From assembly GCA_043825735.1 (NCBI GenBank), contig JBDRRP010000022.1, forward strand, positions 1 through 64,000: a DNA stretch of 64,000 nt, given 5' to 3'. This DNA is from Pseudomonadota bacterium (lineage in GTDB: Bacteria; Desulfobacterota; Desulfobacteria; Desulfobacterales; JBDRRP01). The position numbers were made by a program, and so were the translations under genes. Shown here one piece after another: positions 39,861 through 50,860 of the stretch (positions within the stretch are counted from its first letter, which is position 1; each line of letters opens with the position of its first letter). The notes under the pieces are model-generated. The model did no database searches. It was not told the DNA's origin and was given only the letters and a program-made list of their open reading frames with translations.

Positions 39861-41912
39861 ATGATCATCTCAGCCGTTATAGCGCTTGCCACCATCGGAT
39901 TTTGTTGCGGCCTGCTGCTGGCCGTCGGTGCCCGGGTATTCCATGTTGATGAAGACCCGCGTATCGAGGCCGTCCGCTGGGCGCTGCCCGGAGCCAATTG
40001 CGGTCTGTGCGGGTTTCCGGGATGTCTGGCCGCGGCCAAGGCCGTGGTGGCGGGAAAAGCCGGGGTGGCGGTGTGTCTGGCTGGCAGTACGGACGTGGCC
40101 GCGGCCGTTGCCGCAGCCATGGGGCACGATGCGTATGATCGCCAGCGGAAAACCGCTGCGGTAAGTTGCAAGGGCGGGGCGCGCGCAGCATCCCGGTTCG
40201 TCTACCGGGGCGCCCCCGACTGCCGGGCTGCCGCACTGCTGTCTGGCGGGATCCTGGACTGCGATAAGGGGTGTCTCGGTCTCGGGTCCTGTCAGCGGGC
40301 CTGCCGATTCGGAGCCATCGTCATGGATCGCCGCGGCCTTCCGGCCATCGACACCGGACGATGCCGCGGATGCGGCCTATGCCTCCAGGTGTGCCCCAGT
40401 GGATGCATCACCGTGACAACGCTCACCCACCGGCTCATCCGGATGGAGGAGACCGGCGACTGCCTTTCTCCGTGCACCCAGAAATGCCCGGCCCACATCG
40501 ATGTCCCGCGATTTGTCCGACATGTCCAGGACGGGGAGCTGGCGGCGGCCCTGCTGACGATCAAAGAGCGGAACCCCTTGCCGCTGACCTGCGGGCGGGT
40601 GTGCCCGCACCCCTGTGAAAATATTTGTCGACGCAATATTGCCGACGAAGGCGTTGGCCTCATTTGGCTTCAACGGTATCTGGCTCAGTGGGAAATGAAC
40701 TCCGGCGAGCGGCTGGCACTGCCGTGTGCGCCGGCCACCGATCGCCGCATCGCGGTCATCGGCGGCGGCCCGGCCGGGTTGTCTTGCGCCTATTTTTTAA
40801 AGCGCATCGGCCACCAGCCGGTCATTTTCGAGGCCATGCCCGAACTGGGCGGGATGATCCGATATGCCATCCCGCAATACCGGCTGCCAAAACACGAAGT
40901 GAAATGGGAGATAGACGGCATTCTGGCGCTGGGCATCGAAGTGCGCACCCGGACCCGGTTGGGTATTGATTTCAATCTTCAGGATCTGGCGCGCCAGGGA
41001 TTCGATGCCGTGTTTATCGGCATCGGCGCCTGGATTATCCCGATGCTCGGGATCCCGGGCGAGAGCGCCCGGGGAGTTGTGGCCAGCATCGACTTTCTGG
41101 ACCGGATCGGCACGCAGATCACTTCTCTTGAAAACCGCCGAGTGGTGGTGCTGGGTGAATCCAACACCGCCATGGATTGCGCCAGAAGCGCCATCCGGCT
41201 GGGCGCAGCCGGCGTGGATGTGATCTGCCCGTGCGACGACAAGCATATGAGCGCCCGAAAACGCGACGTGGTCAGGGCCGTAGAGGAAGGCGTGCGGATC
41301 TTTTACCAGATGCGGCCGGTGCGCATTGTGACCGATGATCAATGCCGGGTCAGCCATGTCGCCTGCGTTTCGACGGCAGATGAAGAAGCGCTGCCCACTG
41401 AACAGTGGATTTCAGACGGGCGCCCCAGGGCACTGATCAGCGCAGACATGGTGATCCGGGCCGTGGAGAGAAAGCCTGACATCGATGCGCTTGCCGGCGC
41501 ACTTTTGCCCCATCGGCTCTCGCTGTCCGGGCACGGAACCATCGCCGTCAATCCGCTCACCATGCAGACCAGTATCGCCCATGTCTTTGCCGCCGGGGAT
41601 GCCCAGAGCGGGCGCGCCTCGGTGATCCAAGCCGTGGCCGGCGGCCGCCGCGCGGCACGCGCCATTCATCATTTTCTTATCGACGGTGCCATTGCCGTGC
41701 CGGCCGCGCCCCATCAGCGGATCAATCCCGTGAGCATCCTCAAACAGGTGACCGTCACCGAAGCGATCCCCAAGGTGCGGGTGCCGGAGCTGCCGGCCAA
41801 CATTCGCCGACGCTCTTTTGTCGAGGAAGTGGTGGGATCGATCTCGGAAAAGGAAGCCCTTCAGGAAGCGCGCCGATGCCTGTGCTGCGGGCTGACGTGC
41901 TACGACCGCTGA
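39861..41912 (+). CDS. RnfB-like Fe-S domain fused to a GltD/SudA-like FAD-dependent oxidoreductase
   Basis: N-terminal TM + LPGANCGLCGFPGC; CLGLGSCQRAC and CRGCGLCLQVCP ferredoxin motifs; SPCTQKCP, CGRVCPHPCE, GGGPAG and EARRCLCCG. Confidence 0.88.
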   Translation: MIISAVIALATIGFCCGLLLAVGARVFHVDEDPRIEAVRWALPGANCGLCGFPGCLAAAKAVVAGKAGVAVCLAGSTDVAAAVAAAMGHDAYDRQRKTAAVSCKGGARAASRFVYRGAPDCRAAALLSGGILDCDKGCLGLGSCQRACRFGAIVMDRRGLPAIDTGRCRGCGLCLQVCPSGCITVTTLTHRLIRMEETGDCLSPCTQKCPAHIDVPRFVRHVQDGELAAALLTIKERNPLPLTCGRVCPHPCENICRRNIADEGVGLIWLQRYLAQWEMNSGERLALPCAPATDRRIAVIGGGPAGLSCAYFLKRIGHQPVIFEAMPELGGMIRYAIPQYRLPKHEVKWEIDGILALGIEVRTRTRLGIDFNLQDLARQGFDAVFIGIGAWIIPMLGIPGESARGVVASIDFLDRIGTQITSLENRRVVVLGESNTAMDCARSAIRLGAAGVDVICPCDDKHMSARKRDVVRAVEEGVRIFYQMRPVRIVTDDQCRVSHVACVSTADEEALPTEQWISDGRPRALISADMVIRAVERKPDIDALAGALLPHRLSLSGHGTIAVNPLTMQTSIAHVFAAGDAQSGRASVIQAVAGGRRAARAIHHFLIDGAIAVPAAPHQRINPVSILKQVTVTEAIPKVRVPELPANIRRRSFVEEVVGSISEKEALQEARRCLCCGLTCYDR

Positions 41913-43249
41913 CATATCATGCGCTCGGCGGGCGCCCATTTTTCCTTGGGCGGGTTGAAATACCCGTAGATGAGGTGGGGAAACAGTTTGTGGATACGGC
42001 TCAGACACCGGCGCATGCCCACCGGCGGATCGGCCGGGGCGGCGGCCTGCATGGCGGCTACGTAACGAAGGGGGTCGTAGTTGAGATTGCGCCATTGGAT
42101 CATGTGGACCCGGTGGTTTCGAAGAAAATCCTCCAGAGCGGCCATTTCCTGGGGGGTATCGGTGACACCGGGGCAGTGAAGGTAGTTGATGGCCACGAAT
42201 TTTTTTCGCGACAGGGCCAGGGCGACGGTGTCGAGAACATCGGCAAACGCATAGCCCCGGGGGCGGAAGTAGGCCGCGTAGGCCTCGGGCCTCAGGCTGT
42301 TCAGGCTCACCCGGATACTGTCCAGTCCGGCATCGAAAAGGCGCGCCATCACATGGGGCAGACTGCCGTTGGTGTTCATGTTGATGGTGCCGGCGGCGGT
42401 CTGCGCGCGGATCAGGGCGATGGCCGGCGCACTGGCGTCGGCGGCCAGCAGGGGGTCGCCTTCGCAGCCCTGGCCGAAGCTGACCACCGCCTGTTTGACC
42501 CGGCCGATGTGGGCCAGGGCCACGCCGGCGATCTCATCGGGCGTTGGGGTAAAATCGATGCGGTTCTGGCTGCTGCAGATCTCGGCGCCTTGCTGCAGCG
42601 AAATGCAGCCGAGGCACTGGGCATTGCAGATCCGGGAGGTGGGCAGCGGCGCCTCGTAGCGGCCTAGAAAGAAGTTTTTCCCGGCCGGGCAGCCGAAGGT
42701 GACCGCGCAGCGCTCCAGGTGGGCCCGCAGCCGGTTGTCGGGGAGCTGCTTTCGCATCACGGCGATACCTGCCGTGACGGCCTCGATTTTCATCCGGCGC
42801 AAATCCTGGCGCGGCTCGGCGTCTACGCGGATCAGGGCCGATTTAAAACCGTTTCCTCTCCAGCCCACCGCGCCGTAGGAGAACAGCGGCAGTTGCCGGG
42901 CGCCGGGTCTTTCCACAAAGGCGCTGGTGTGAGTGACGGCGTAGCCGGGGGAATTGAAGGCGGCAACGGCAAAGAGCGGCTCCCCCGGGGCGAACGGGTT
43001 TTCTTCGAGGAGCTCGATCCGGCGGGCGGCGATGTTGTAGACCATCGGGGCGCGCTCGGGAAGCATCATCAGCTCACTGCCAAAGGGAAGGGCCAGGGCG
43101 TCGGTGGGGGTCAATGGTACGGATCGGATACCGTCACTGCCCACGGCGGCGTAGCCTTCGATATCGAAAATATTGCCGGCGGCGTCAGCCGCCACCGCCG
43201 TTAAAAATGGTTTAGAACCCACAGTGCGTCGTTTGCGCCGTGCCGTCAT
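41900..43249 (-). CDS. Radical SAM protein of unknown function
   Basis: CNAQCLGC (CxxxCxxC) and SFGQGCEGDP motifs; ATGA overlap with the recD2 stop. Confidence 0.9.
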   Translation of the reverse strand: MTARRKRRTVGSKPFLTAVAADAAGNIFDIEGYAAVGSDGIRSVPLTPTDALALPFGSELMMLPERAPMVYNIAARRIELLEENPFAPGEPLFAVAAFNSPGYAVTHTSAFVERPGARQLPLFSYGAVGWRGNGFKSALIRVDAEPRQDLRRMKIEAVTAGIAVMRKQLPDNRLRAHLERCAVTFGCPAGKNFFLGRYEAPLPTSRICNAQCLGCISLQQGAEICSSQNRIDFTPTPDEIAGVALAHIGRVKQAVVSFGQGCEGDPLLAADASAPAIALIRAQTAAGTINMNTNGSLPHVMARLFDAGLDSIRVSLNSLRPEAYAAYFRPRGYAFADVLDTVALALSRKKFVAINYLHCPGVTDTPQEMAALEDFLRNHRVHMIQWRNLNYDPLRYVAAMQAAAPADPPVGMRRCLSRIHKLFPHLIYGYFNPPKEKWAPAERMICQRS

Positions 43250-45432
43250 TGGAGCGTGCCCTTTGTTCCCGGTGTGCTGAGGCGTTCGGCCAGGCGTGAG
43301 CGCCGATGACCGGAGCGGTCGTTTTCCAGGGCTACGGCCAGTGCCCGCTGGCTGCCCACGATGACAACGAGGCGCTTTCCCCGGGTCATGGCCGTGTAAA
43401 GCAGGTTTCGCTGGAGCATGGGGTAGTGCTGGGTCATGAGGGCGATGACCACGCATGGGTATTCGGAGCCCTGAGACTTGTGAACGGTGATGGCATAGGC
43501 CAGAGACAATTCTTCGAGTTCGCTGAACAGGTAAGTCACCGCACGGCCCTCATAGTCCACGGTGAGGGTTTCGCTCCGGAGTTCCGCATCGATTACGATG
43601 CCGATGTCACCGTTGAACACTTCTTTGACATAGTTGTTTTTCGTGTGAATGACTTTGTCGCCGGGTCGGAAAATGGAAACCCCGGCCGGTTCCGCCGCTG
43701 CCGGGTTGAGCCGGGACTGGAGCACCCGGTTGAGGTTGATGGTGCCGACATGGCCTTTGTGCATGGGCGTGAGGACCTGGATGTCCCCGGCCGGGTCAAG
43801 GTTGAAATGCTGCGGGATCCTCCGGGTGCAAAGATCCACGATGGCTTCCACCGCCTTTTCCGGTTGCTGGCATTCAATGAAGTAAAAGTCTCCCGGCGCG
43901 TCGTGGTTCCAGGGTTCAGAAAGTTCCGGAGCCTGTCCGCGCCGCACACGGTGGGCGTTTCTGACGATGGCGCTTTCCATGGACTGACGGAAGATTTCGG
44001 TGAACTCGAAGGTTTTTATCGTTTTCGAAGAGATCATGTCTTCGAGAATGCTGCCGGGTCCCACCGACGGCAGCTGGTGGGCGTCCCCGACCAGGATCAA
44101 CGTGGACATCATCGGCACGGCCTCCACGAGGTAATGCATGAGCAAGGTGTCCACCATGGAGGCTTCGTCCACCACGATGACATCGGCCTCTACCGGGTCG
44201 TCGCGGTCTTTTTCGGGCAGCTCTTCGTGGGGGGTGAACCCGAGCAGACGGTGGACGGTGAACGCGTCGCGCCCGGTCACGGCTGACAGCCGCCGGGCGG
44301 CCCGGCCTGTGGGCGCGGCCAGGGCGAGCTTGAGCTTCAGCGATCGGCACAGCTCAGAGATGGATCGAATCAAGGTGGTCTTCCCTGTCCCGGGTCCACC
44401 GGTGATGATGGCCACCTTGTGGTTGAGCACGGACTCCAGCACCGTGAGCTGCTCGGCGGACGGCTGGATGGCCAGACGACTGACGATTTCAGAGCGGATA
44501 TACGCCACGCCGGGGTCGGGAATGGACGAGGGGATGCCCAGCAAGGTCTTGATGCGATTGGCTATCCGGATTTCCGCCTCGTACAGCCTGACCGGAAAGA
44601 CCGCCTGGGTGATGCCATCTTCGCCCAGCGGTTCGATCGCCAGCGCTCCGGTTTTGCCCATCTTTGCCAGGGCGCTGTGTGCGGTCACCGGATCGATGCC
44701 GAACAGCTCCCGGCATTTGGACACCAGCTCATCGTCGGGTGCGTAGACGTGGCCTTCTGCGACGAACCGTTCCAGTGTGTGGACCAGGCAGGCGACAATG
44801 CGTTTGGGATCGTCAGCCGGGGTGCCCATGTGGCGGGCGATGGTGTCGGCGATGACGAACCCGGCGCCCGGCCAGTCATCGGCCAGCACATACGGATCCG
44901 CCGAAAGAAAAGAGGGTGCGTCCGCGCCGTATAGATCGTAGATGCGGCTGGCATGGGCGAGTTTCACACCGTGGTCCTGGAGAAAGCTCATGAGCTGCCG
45001 CAGGCCGTGGTGATCACGCCACGCATCGGCAATCCGGGCGGCGGTTTTCTCACCCACCCCGGGTGCTTCTGAAAGGCGCCCGGGCGCCGCGTCCAGCATT
45101 TTCAGGGTGTCTTCTGCGAAATAATCCACCAGTCGGCGGGCGGTTTTGGGGCCGATGCCGGCAATCAACCCGGAGGACAGGTAGGCCAGGATACCGTCCA
45201 CGCTGGCCGGCAGGCAGGTTTCTGCGGTTTCGATTTTCAACTGCTGGCCGTAGCGCGGATGTTCCTGCCAGCTTCCCGTGACCCGGAGTTTCTCCCCGGG
45301 GTGAAGTCCGGCGGTAATGCCGATGATGGTGATGGGACGTCCCGAGTCCTCTGCCCTGAGCCGCGCCACGGTATATCGGGTTTCGGTATTGTAATAGGTC
45401 ACCCGTTCAACCTGGCCGGTGATGGTGAGCAT
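43246..45432 (-). CDS. recD2: ATP-dependent RecD2-like DNA helicase
   Basis: N-terminal OB/HhH region (GIGPKTA); GGPGTGKT, APTGRAA, VDEASM and TVHKSQGSE motifs. Confidence 0.93.
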   Translation of the reverse strand: MLTITGQVERVTYYNTETRYTVARLRAEDSGRPITIIGITAGLHPGEKLRVTGSWQEHPRYGQQLKIETAETCLPASVDGILAYLSSGLIAGIGPKTARRLVDYFAEDTLKMLDAAPGRLSEAPGVGEKTAARIADAWRDHHGLRQLMSFLQDHGVKLAHASRIYDLYGADAPSFLSADPYVLADDWPGAGFVIADTIARHMGTPADDPKRIVACLVHTLERFVAEGHVYAPDDELVSKCRELFGIDPVTAHSALAKMGKTGALAIEPLGEDGITQAVFPVRLYEAEIRIANRIKTLLGIPSSIPDPGVAYIRSEIVSRLAIQPSAEQLTVLESVLNHKVAIITGGPGTGKTTLIRSISELCRSLKLKLALAAPTGRAARRLSAVTGRDAFTVHRLLGFTPHEELPEKDRDDPVEADVIVVDEASMVDTLLMHYLVEAVPMMSTLILVGDAHQLPSVGPGSILEDMISSKTIKTFEFTEIFRQSMESAIVRNAHRVRRGQAPELSEPWNHDAPGDFYFIECQQPEKAVEAIVDLCTRRIPQHFNLDPAGDIQVLTPMHKGHVGTINLNRVLQSRLNPAAAEPAGVSIFRPGDKVIHTKNNYVKEVFNGDIGIVIDAELRSETLTVDYEGRAVTYLFSELEELSLAYAITVHKSQGSEYPCVVIALMTQHYPMLQRNLLYTAMTRGKRLVVIVGSQRALAVALENDRSGHRRSRLAERLSTPGTKGTLQ

Positions 45433-45435
45433 TCT

Positions 45436-46029
45436 TCAGTCCTTTTCCGCCAGAAGCCCGTCCACCGCTTCCCACAGGTCGAGCGCCACCCGATCGGGGG
45501 CGATGCCCTGGGTCGACAGGGCCGCCGCGGCTTTCGGGTAGTCGCCGCTTTTCACCAGTACGGACCGGCCGCAGCCGGCGTTTCGGGCGCAAAAAATGTC
45601 TTTGGCGCTGTCGCCGATCATGACGGCGCGGGAAAGATCGATGCCGCGCTCGGCGGCCGCCCTAAGGATCATGCCCGGTTGCGGCTTGCGGCATGCGCAC
45701 CTGTCGTCGGGGTGGTGCGGGCAGTGGTAGATGGCCTCGATGCGGCCGCCACCGGTTTCGATGACGCTGCACATGCGGGCGTGGGTGTCTTCGAGAATTT
45801 CCGGGGCCACCCAGCCCCTGCCGACAATGGACTGGTTGGTGATCACGACGACTCGGATGCCGGCCCGGGTAAGACGCGCGATGGCCGCGATGCTCCGGGG
45901 AAGAAATTCAAAATCGTCCCAGCACCGGACATAATCGGGCGAGTCCCGGTTGATGACCCCGTCGCGGTCGAGGAATACGGCTGAGATCTGTGCATGAGAA
46001 ATCGGATGTTGTGGGGGAAGATCATTCAC
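45436..46029 (-). CDS. gmhB: D-glycero-D-manno-heptose-1,7-bisphosphate phosphatase
   Basis: FLDRDGVIN, ITNQS, CPHHPDDRCACRKP and IGD motifs. Confidence 0.9.
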   Translation of the reverse strand: MNDLPPQHPISHAQISAVFLDRDGVINRDSPDYVRCWDDFEFLPRSIAAIARLTRAGIRVVVITNQSIVGRGWVAPEILEDTHARMCSVIETGGGRIEAIYHCPHHPDDRCACRKPQPGMILRAAAERGIDLSRAVMIGDSAKDIFCARNAGCGRSVLVKSGDYPKAAAALSTQGIAPDRVALDLWEAVDGLLAEKD

Positions 46030-46116
46030 GTTGACGATAGGTCTTTCATAACTTCCGGGGATTAATGTTCAATATCCGATGTGCCTACCTTTTCACCGAG
46101 GGGGCCGGCTTTTCCG

Positions 46117-46272
46117 AATCGAAATCGCTATCGGGATCGAAATCGTATTCCGCGGTTAGGCCATCGGTCGTTTCATCACGTTATTCCATAGCACAAAGAA
46201 AGATACCATGGATGTTATCTTGGTCGTGTCTCCGTCCAACAGCGATTCCGATAGCGATCCCGATTTCGATTT
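46117..46272. repeat. 6-bp-periodic ATCGNN inverted-repeat element, copy 2
   Basis: AATCGAAATCGCTATCGGGATCGAAATCG ... CGATTCCGATAGCGATCCCGATTTCGATTT. Confidence 0.85.
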
Positions 46273-46344
46273 GGATGGTCGGTTCAGGCAAGCCGATTCA
46301 TCCCACCGCAAAGTGGTAGATCGCCCCGTTGATCATCCTGTCTC

Positions 46345-47223
46345 TCACTCGGCAATGGTGAACGCCCCCTCGAAGCCCTTTTGCCGCAGGATTTGTTTGT
46401 ATTCGGCAGCCTGCTCGAGGGTGGTGGCCAGGCCCAGGCGTACGCCGTAAAGAGTTCCGTGGGCTTCGTTGAAATAGGCCTTCACGTGTACGTTCTGGTA
46501 GCTGCCGGACAGGCGCTGTTTGAGGCGTTCGGCATTGCCGGGATCCTTGAAGGCGCCGATCTGAAAGGTGAAGTTGCCCTTGCTGTAGTCTTCGGGCTCA
46601 TAGGTCGGTGCGGCCGTTCCGGCGGTGGCGCTCGTGGGTTTTCCCAGGGCGGTGATGCGCACATTGGCCGTTCCGGGGCCCACTACGCCCAGAGTTTTGG
46701 CCGCCCCGTAGCTCAGATCGATGATCCGGCCCTCGACAAAGGGGCCGCGGTCATTGATCCGGATGTCCAGAGTGCGGCCGTTGTCCAGGTTGTCGACGCG
46801 GACCACCGTTCCCAGAGGCAGGGTCTTGTGGGCCGCCGTGGTGCCGTGCATGTCGTAGCGCTCCCCGTTGGCGGTGGGGCGGCCGTGAAACTGTTCGCCG
46901 TACCACGAGGCTTTTCCCGTTTGCGTGAAACCGCTGGCCGTGGGGATGGGGTGGTACCACTTTCCCATCACCTTGTACGGTTTGGCCGACGGCGGTTTGC
47001 CGGCTGCGGGTGGCGGCGACGGTACGGGCGTGGGCGCGGGTGCGGGCGTTTCCCACGGCGACGGTGCGGGGCGCGGTGTGGCCACACGGGTCTTGGGCGG
47101 CGGTTTGGGCGGGGCGCCGGCGCAACCGTACAGCCATCCCATGCCGGCCACTGTTATCGCCAGAATTATAACAGACCCGTGGTCGCCGAGGGTCCGCAAG
47201 GGGCGGCTCCGCCAGGTCGTCAA
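46345..47223 (-). CDS. rlpA: Septal ring lytic transglycosylase RlpA (lipoprotein, C-terminal SPOR domain)
   Basis: LYGC lipobox; [13 protein letters not shown] and INDRGPF..RIIDLS motifs; SPOR motif QIGAF. Confidence 0.93.
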   Translation of the reverse strand: MTTWRSRPLRTLGDHGSVIILAITVAGMGWLYGCAGAPPKPPPKTRVATPRPAPSPWETPAPAPTPVPSPPPAAGKPPSAKPYKVMGKWYHPIPTASGFTQTGKASWYGEQFHGRPTANGERYDMHGTTAAHKTLPLGTVVRVDNLDNGRTLDIRINDRGPFVEGRIIDLSYGAAKTLGVVGPGTANVRITALGKPTSATAGTAAPTYEPEDYSKGNFTFQIGAFKDPGNAERLKQRLSGSYQNVHVKAYFNEAHGTLYGVRLGLATTLEQAAEYKQILRQKGFEGAFTIAE

Positions 47224-49583
47224 TCGGCTTTTCCAGAATTGAAGGCCAGCTTGAGGACATCCATCATCTTGTCCACAAAGTGAAATTCGATGTCTTTGAG
47301 GACCTTTTTGGGAATGTCCTCAAGATCCTTTTCATTGGCCTTGGGTATGATGAGGGTCTTGATGCCCGCAGCGTGGGCGGCCAGCACCTTTTCCTTGATG
47401 CCCCCGACGGGCAGCACCTGGCCACGAAGGGTGATCTCTCCGGTCATGGCCAGATCCTTTCTGATGGACCGGTCCGTGAGCAGCGATGTCAGGGCGGTGA
47501 GCATGGTGACGCCGGCACTGGGGCCATCCTTGGGGATAGCGCCGGCCGGTACGTGGACGTGAATGTCGAGTTTACTGTAGAAATCTTCGTCGAGCTTAAG
47601 GCGCTTGGCGTTGGAGCGGATAAAGCTCAGGGCCGCCGACACCGACTCCTTCATGACGTCACCCAGTTGACCGGTAAGGGTGAGCCCTTTGTTGCCGGGC
47701 ATGGCCGTGGCTTCGATAAAGAGCAGGTCACCGCCATAGGGGGTCCAGGCCAGTCCCATGGCCACCCCCGGGGTGGACACGCGGGCTTTGGCTTCCAGCG
47801 TGATGCGGATGGGGCCCAGGTACTTGGGCAGGTTCTGGACGGTGATGTGGACGTGCTCGGCCGTGCCTTCGGCGATGGTGGCGGCCACCCCCCGGCAGAC
47901 GTTGGCGATTTCCCGCTCCAGGTTCCGTAGCCCGGCCTCCCGGGTGTAGCCGCTGATGATGAGTTTGACCGCCCCATTGGTGAAGGAGATGTTTTCCGCC
48001 TTCAATCCGTGGGCGTTTCGTTGTCGGGGGATCAAAAACCGGTTGGCGATCTTGAGTTTTTCTTCCTGGGTGTAGCCTAAAAGCTGCAACACTTCCATGC
48101 GGTCGCGGAGCGCCGGCGGGATCGTGTCCAGCACGTTGGCCGTGGTGATGAACATTACCTGGGACAGATCGAAGGGCACGTCGAGGTAGTGGTCGGAAAA
48201 GCTGAAGTTCTGTTCCGGGTCCAGCACTTCCAGCAGGGCGGAAGAAGGGTCGCCGCGAAAATCACTGCCGACCTTGTCGATCTCATCGAGCATGAAAATG
48301 GGGTTTTTACTCTCCACCCGGCGAAGCGCCTGGATGACCCGGCCGGGCAAGGCTCCGACGTAGGTGCGCCGGTGGCCGCGGATTTCGGCCTCGTCCCGAA
48401 CGCCGCCTAAAGAAATGCGGTGGAATTTTCGCCCCAGGGCCCGGGCGATGGATTTACCCAGCGAGGTCTTGCCGGTGCCCGGAGGGCCGGCAAAGCACAG
48501 GATGGGCCCCTTGGACTCGGGCTTGAGCTTTCGCACGGCCAGGTATTCGAGGATACGTTTTTTGGGCTTTTCCAGGCCGAAATGGTCCTCGTCGAGGATT
48601 TTCCGGGCCTTGGCGATATCCAGTTCGTCTTCTGTGGTTTTGTTCCAGGGCAGCGCGGTGACCCAGTCCAGGTACGTTGTGGCCACGGTGTATTCCGCCG
48701 ATGACGAGTGCATCTTGGATAGCCGCTTGAGCTCGCGCTCGGCCTCTTTTTTGGCATCCTCCGGCAGATCGGCGTCATCGATTTTGGTGCGGTACTCGTC
48801 AAGTTCGACGCTGCTGTCGTCGGTTTCGCCCAGTTCCTCCCGGATGGCCTTGAGCTGCTGGCGCAGATAGTATTCCCGCTGGGACTTGTCCATGTCCCCC
48901 CTGACCTGGGACTGAATCTTGTTGCCCAGTTCGAGGATCTCCAGCTGTTCGTTGATCAGGCGGGTCACTTCTTTGAGACGCGTCGTGATGTCGATGGCCT
49001 CCAGGATTTTTTGCTTGTCTTTGGTATCGCTGTTGATGGTGGAGGCCACCATGTCGGCCAGCGTGCCCGGCTCCTGTATGGACTTGGCCATACCGGCGAT
49101 TTCTTTGGGCAGCCCCGGGGAGAGCTCAACGATGCGTCCAAACTGGCTGATGATGTTGGTCTTGAGGGCTTCGATCTCCTTGCCGGCGACCTCTGCTTCG
49201 ACCACATGGGTCACTTTGGCGCGTAGATACCCCTTTCCCTTCTGGAATTCCTGAACGCTGAACCGGGCCAGTCCCTGTACCAGCAGTTGGGCCTTGTTGT
49301 CTTCCGTTTTGGCCATTTTCAATATCAGGGCGCTGGCGCCGACGGTCGCGAGATCCGCGGTCTGGTCGCTGCTCTGGGCGCCTTCTTTCTTCTGTGAAAC
49401 CAAGAGCCCGATGATTCGGTCCTTGGCCATGGCCTCGTCCACCAGCTGGACCGACTCGCCTTCCATCACCACCAGTGGAAGGACCATTTTTGGGAACAGC
49501 ACCGCATCGAACAGCGGCAATATCGGAATGATCTGCGGAATGTTGTCAGTTTCCGGCTCTCTGGATTCTTTTCGTTCTTCCAT
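47220..49583 (-). CDS. lon: ATP-dependent Lon protease
   Basis: [30 protein letters not shown] and VGGIKEK motifs. Confidence 0.98.
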   Translation of the reverse strand: MEERKESREPETDNIPQIIPILPLFDAVLFPKMVLPLVVMEGESVQLVDEAMAKDRIIGLLVSQKKEGAQSSDQTADLATVGASALILKMAKTEDNKAQLLVQGLARFSVQEFQKGKGYLRAKVTHVVEAEVAGKEIEALKTNIISQFGRIVELSPGLPKEIAGMAKSIQEPGTLADMVASTINSDTKDKQKILEAIDITTRLKEVTRLINEQLEILELGNKIQSQVRGDMDKSQREYYLRQQLKAIREELGETDDSSVELDEYRTKIDDADLPEDAKKEAERELKRLSKMHSSSAEYTVATTYLDWVTALPWNKTTEDELDIAKARKILDEDHFGLEKPKKRILEYLAVRKLKPESKGPILCFAGPPGTGKTSLGKSIARALGRKFHRISLGGVRDEAEIRGHRRTYVGALPGRVIQALRRVESKNPIFMLDEIDKVGSDFRGDPSSALLEVLDPEQNFSFSDHYLDVPFDLSQVMFITTANVLDTIPPALRDRMEVLQLLGYTQEEKLKIANRFLIPRQRNAHGLKAENISFTNGAVKLIISGYTREAGLRNLEREIANVCRGVAATIAEGTAEHVHITVQNLPKYLGPIRITLEAKARVSTPGVAMGLAWTPYGGDLLFIEATAMPGNKGLTLTGQLGDVMKESVSAALSFIRSNAKRLKLDEDFYSKLDIHVHVPAGAIPKDGPSAGVTMLTALTSLLTDRSIRKDLAMTGEITLRGQVLPVGGIKEKVLAAHAAGIKTLIIPKANEKDLEDIPKKVLKDIEFHFVDKMMDVLKLAFNSGKAD

Positions 49584-49644
49584 CGGTCCTCCTCGTGTGA
49601 TTCGGCCGGGCGATTTCCCGGGGCGTCATTCGGGGATGCGCCAG

Positions 49645-50097
49645 TTAGTCGTCTGAAATGGGAATGCGATGGGTTTCGGACCGTGCCATCTTGGCCAGGG
49701 TCAGGCGCAGAAACCCGTTGGAGTAGGATGATGATACCACTTCCGGGTCGATGGGGGACGGCAGGAAAAGAATGCGTTCAAACTGCCCGTACTGGATCTC
49801 CGCGAGGCGATAGGTGATGTTTTCGGCGGTGGGCATGGGCGAGCGTCGGCCGAAAATGCGCACTGCCTTGTGGTTGATCTCGACTTCCAGGTTGTCTTTG
49901 TCAACACCGGATATTTCGGCGAGAACGATGATCTCGTCCTGGGTCTCGATGATGTCCATCTGGGGGATCCATGACCGCTCGCAGGAAGAAAAGACCGGAC
50001 TCAGGTGCCCGGGCCTGAACAACCCCTCCACCGCCTGGTCAAACGGTGAGTTCAGGGCGTCCGAACCTTTTCCGAAGCGAATTTTAATATAATCCAT
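49645..50097 (-). CDS. Hsp20/alpha-crystallin family protein upstream of lon
   Basis: WIPQMDIIET, AEIQYGQFER and YSNGFL motifs. Confidence 0.88.
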   Translation of the reverse strand: MDYIKIRFGKGSDALNSPFDQAVEGLFRPGHLSPVFSSCERSWIPQMDIIETQDEIIVLAEISGVDKDNLEVEINHKAVRIFGRRSPMPTAENITYRLAEIQYGQFERILFLPSPIDPEVVSSSYSNGFLRLTLAKMARSETHRIPISDD

Positions 50098-50231
50098 GAG
50101 CAGCTCCTGGTGGGTTGGGTGCAACCGGGCGATATGCTGGAAGACGGTTGCCGCCAAGTTAACACCTGAAGGGTTTTTTGTAAAGGTGCGAAGGAAGTTA
50201 TTCGAATGATTTCAGTAGGTATTGTTGGTTC

Positions 50232-50259
50232 TTGACATGATCGCGCCGGTGGTTAATGT
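50232..50259 (+). promoter_or_regulatory. Sigma70-type promoter for hsp20
   Basis: TTGACA-N16-TAATGT, about 35 nt before ATG 50295. Confidence 0.5.
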
Positions 50260-50294
50260 TGAGTCACACCCACCACCGCACAGGAGATAAGGCC

Positions 50295-50744
50295 ATGACG
50301 ATTCTAAAATGGGACCCTTTCCGGAATGTCGTCGCGCTGCAGGAGCGCATCAACCGGATGTTCGACGACGCGTTCACCCTGTCCGGGCATCCGGGCAGCG
50401 AGGTCTCTATGTGCGACTGGTCGCCGCTGGTCGATATTCATGAATCCCGCGAGGGCCTTTTCATCACGGCGGATCTGCCGGGGGTCCGCAAAGAGGATGT
50501 GAGCGTTGAAATCAAAGACAATATGCTCACGCTGCGGGGACGACGCGAAAAAGACGACACCATAGCGGACGACCAGTACCTGCGCCGAGAGCGCTGTGCC
50601 GGATCCTTTCATCGGGCCTTTAACCTGCAGTTTGTGATTCGACCCGATGCCATCCGCGCCGGTTTTAAAAACGGCGTACTGGAAATTTTCATCCCCAAGC
50701 CCGAAGAGGCAATAACCCGCCAGATAAAGGTCAATATTGATTGA
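50295..50744 (+). CDS. Hsp20/alpha-crystallin family protein
   Basis: WDPF, WSPLVDIHE, DLPGV, ER..GSFHR and KNGVLEI motifs; AGGAG RBS. Confidence 0.93.
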   Translation: MTILKWDPFRNVVALQERINRMFDDAFTLSGHPGSEVSMCDWSPLVDIHESREGLFITADLPGVRKEDVSVEIKDNMLTLRGRREKDDTIADDQYLRRERCAGSFHRAFNLQFVIRPDAIRAGFKNGVLEIFIPKPEEAITRQIKVNID

Positions 50745-50860
50745 CGCTGTTGTCGATTCAGCGTTTTCCCCATCACTGCTGTGACCCAGAACCCGAAATC
50801 GATTTCTGAGATGGCCGATCATTTGGCCGCGATCACTGCAAGAGACTCCGGACCCTTCGC

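Noticed and set aside
50160..50290. CIRCE or HAIR heat-shock operator between the divergent hsp20 genes
   Set aside because: No TTAGCACTC-N9-GAGTGCTAA is present, and there is only a TTGAGT half-site without a partner.
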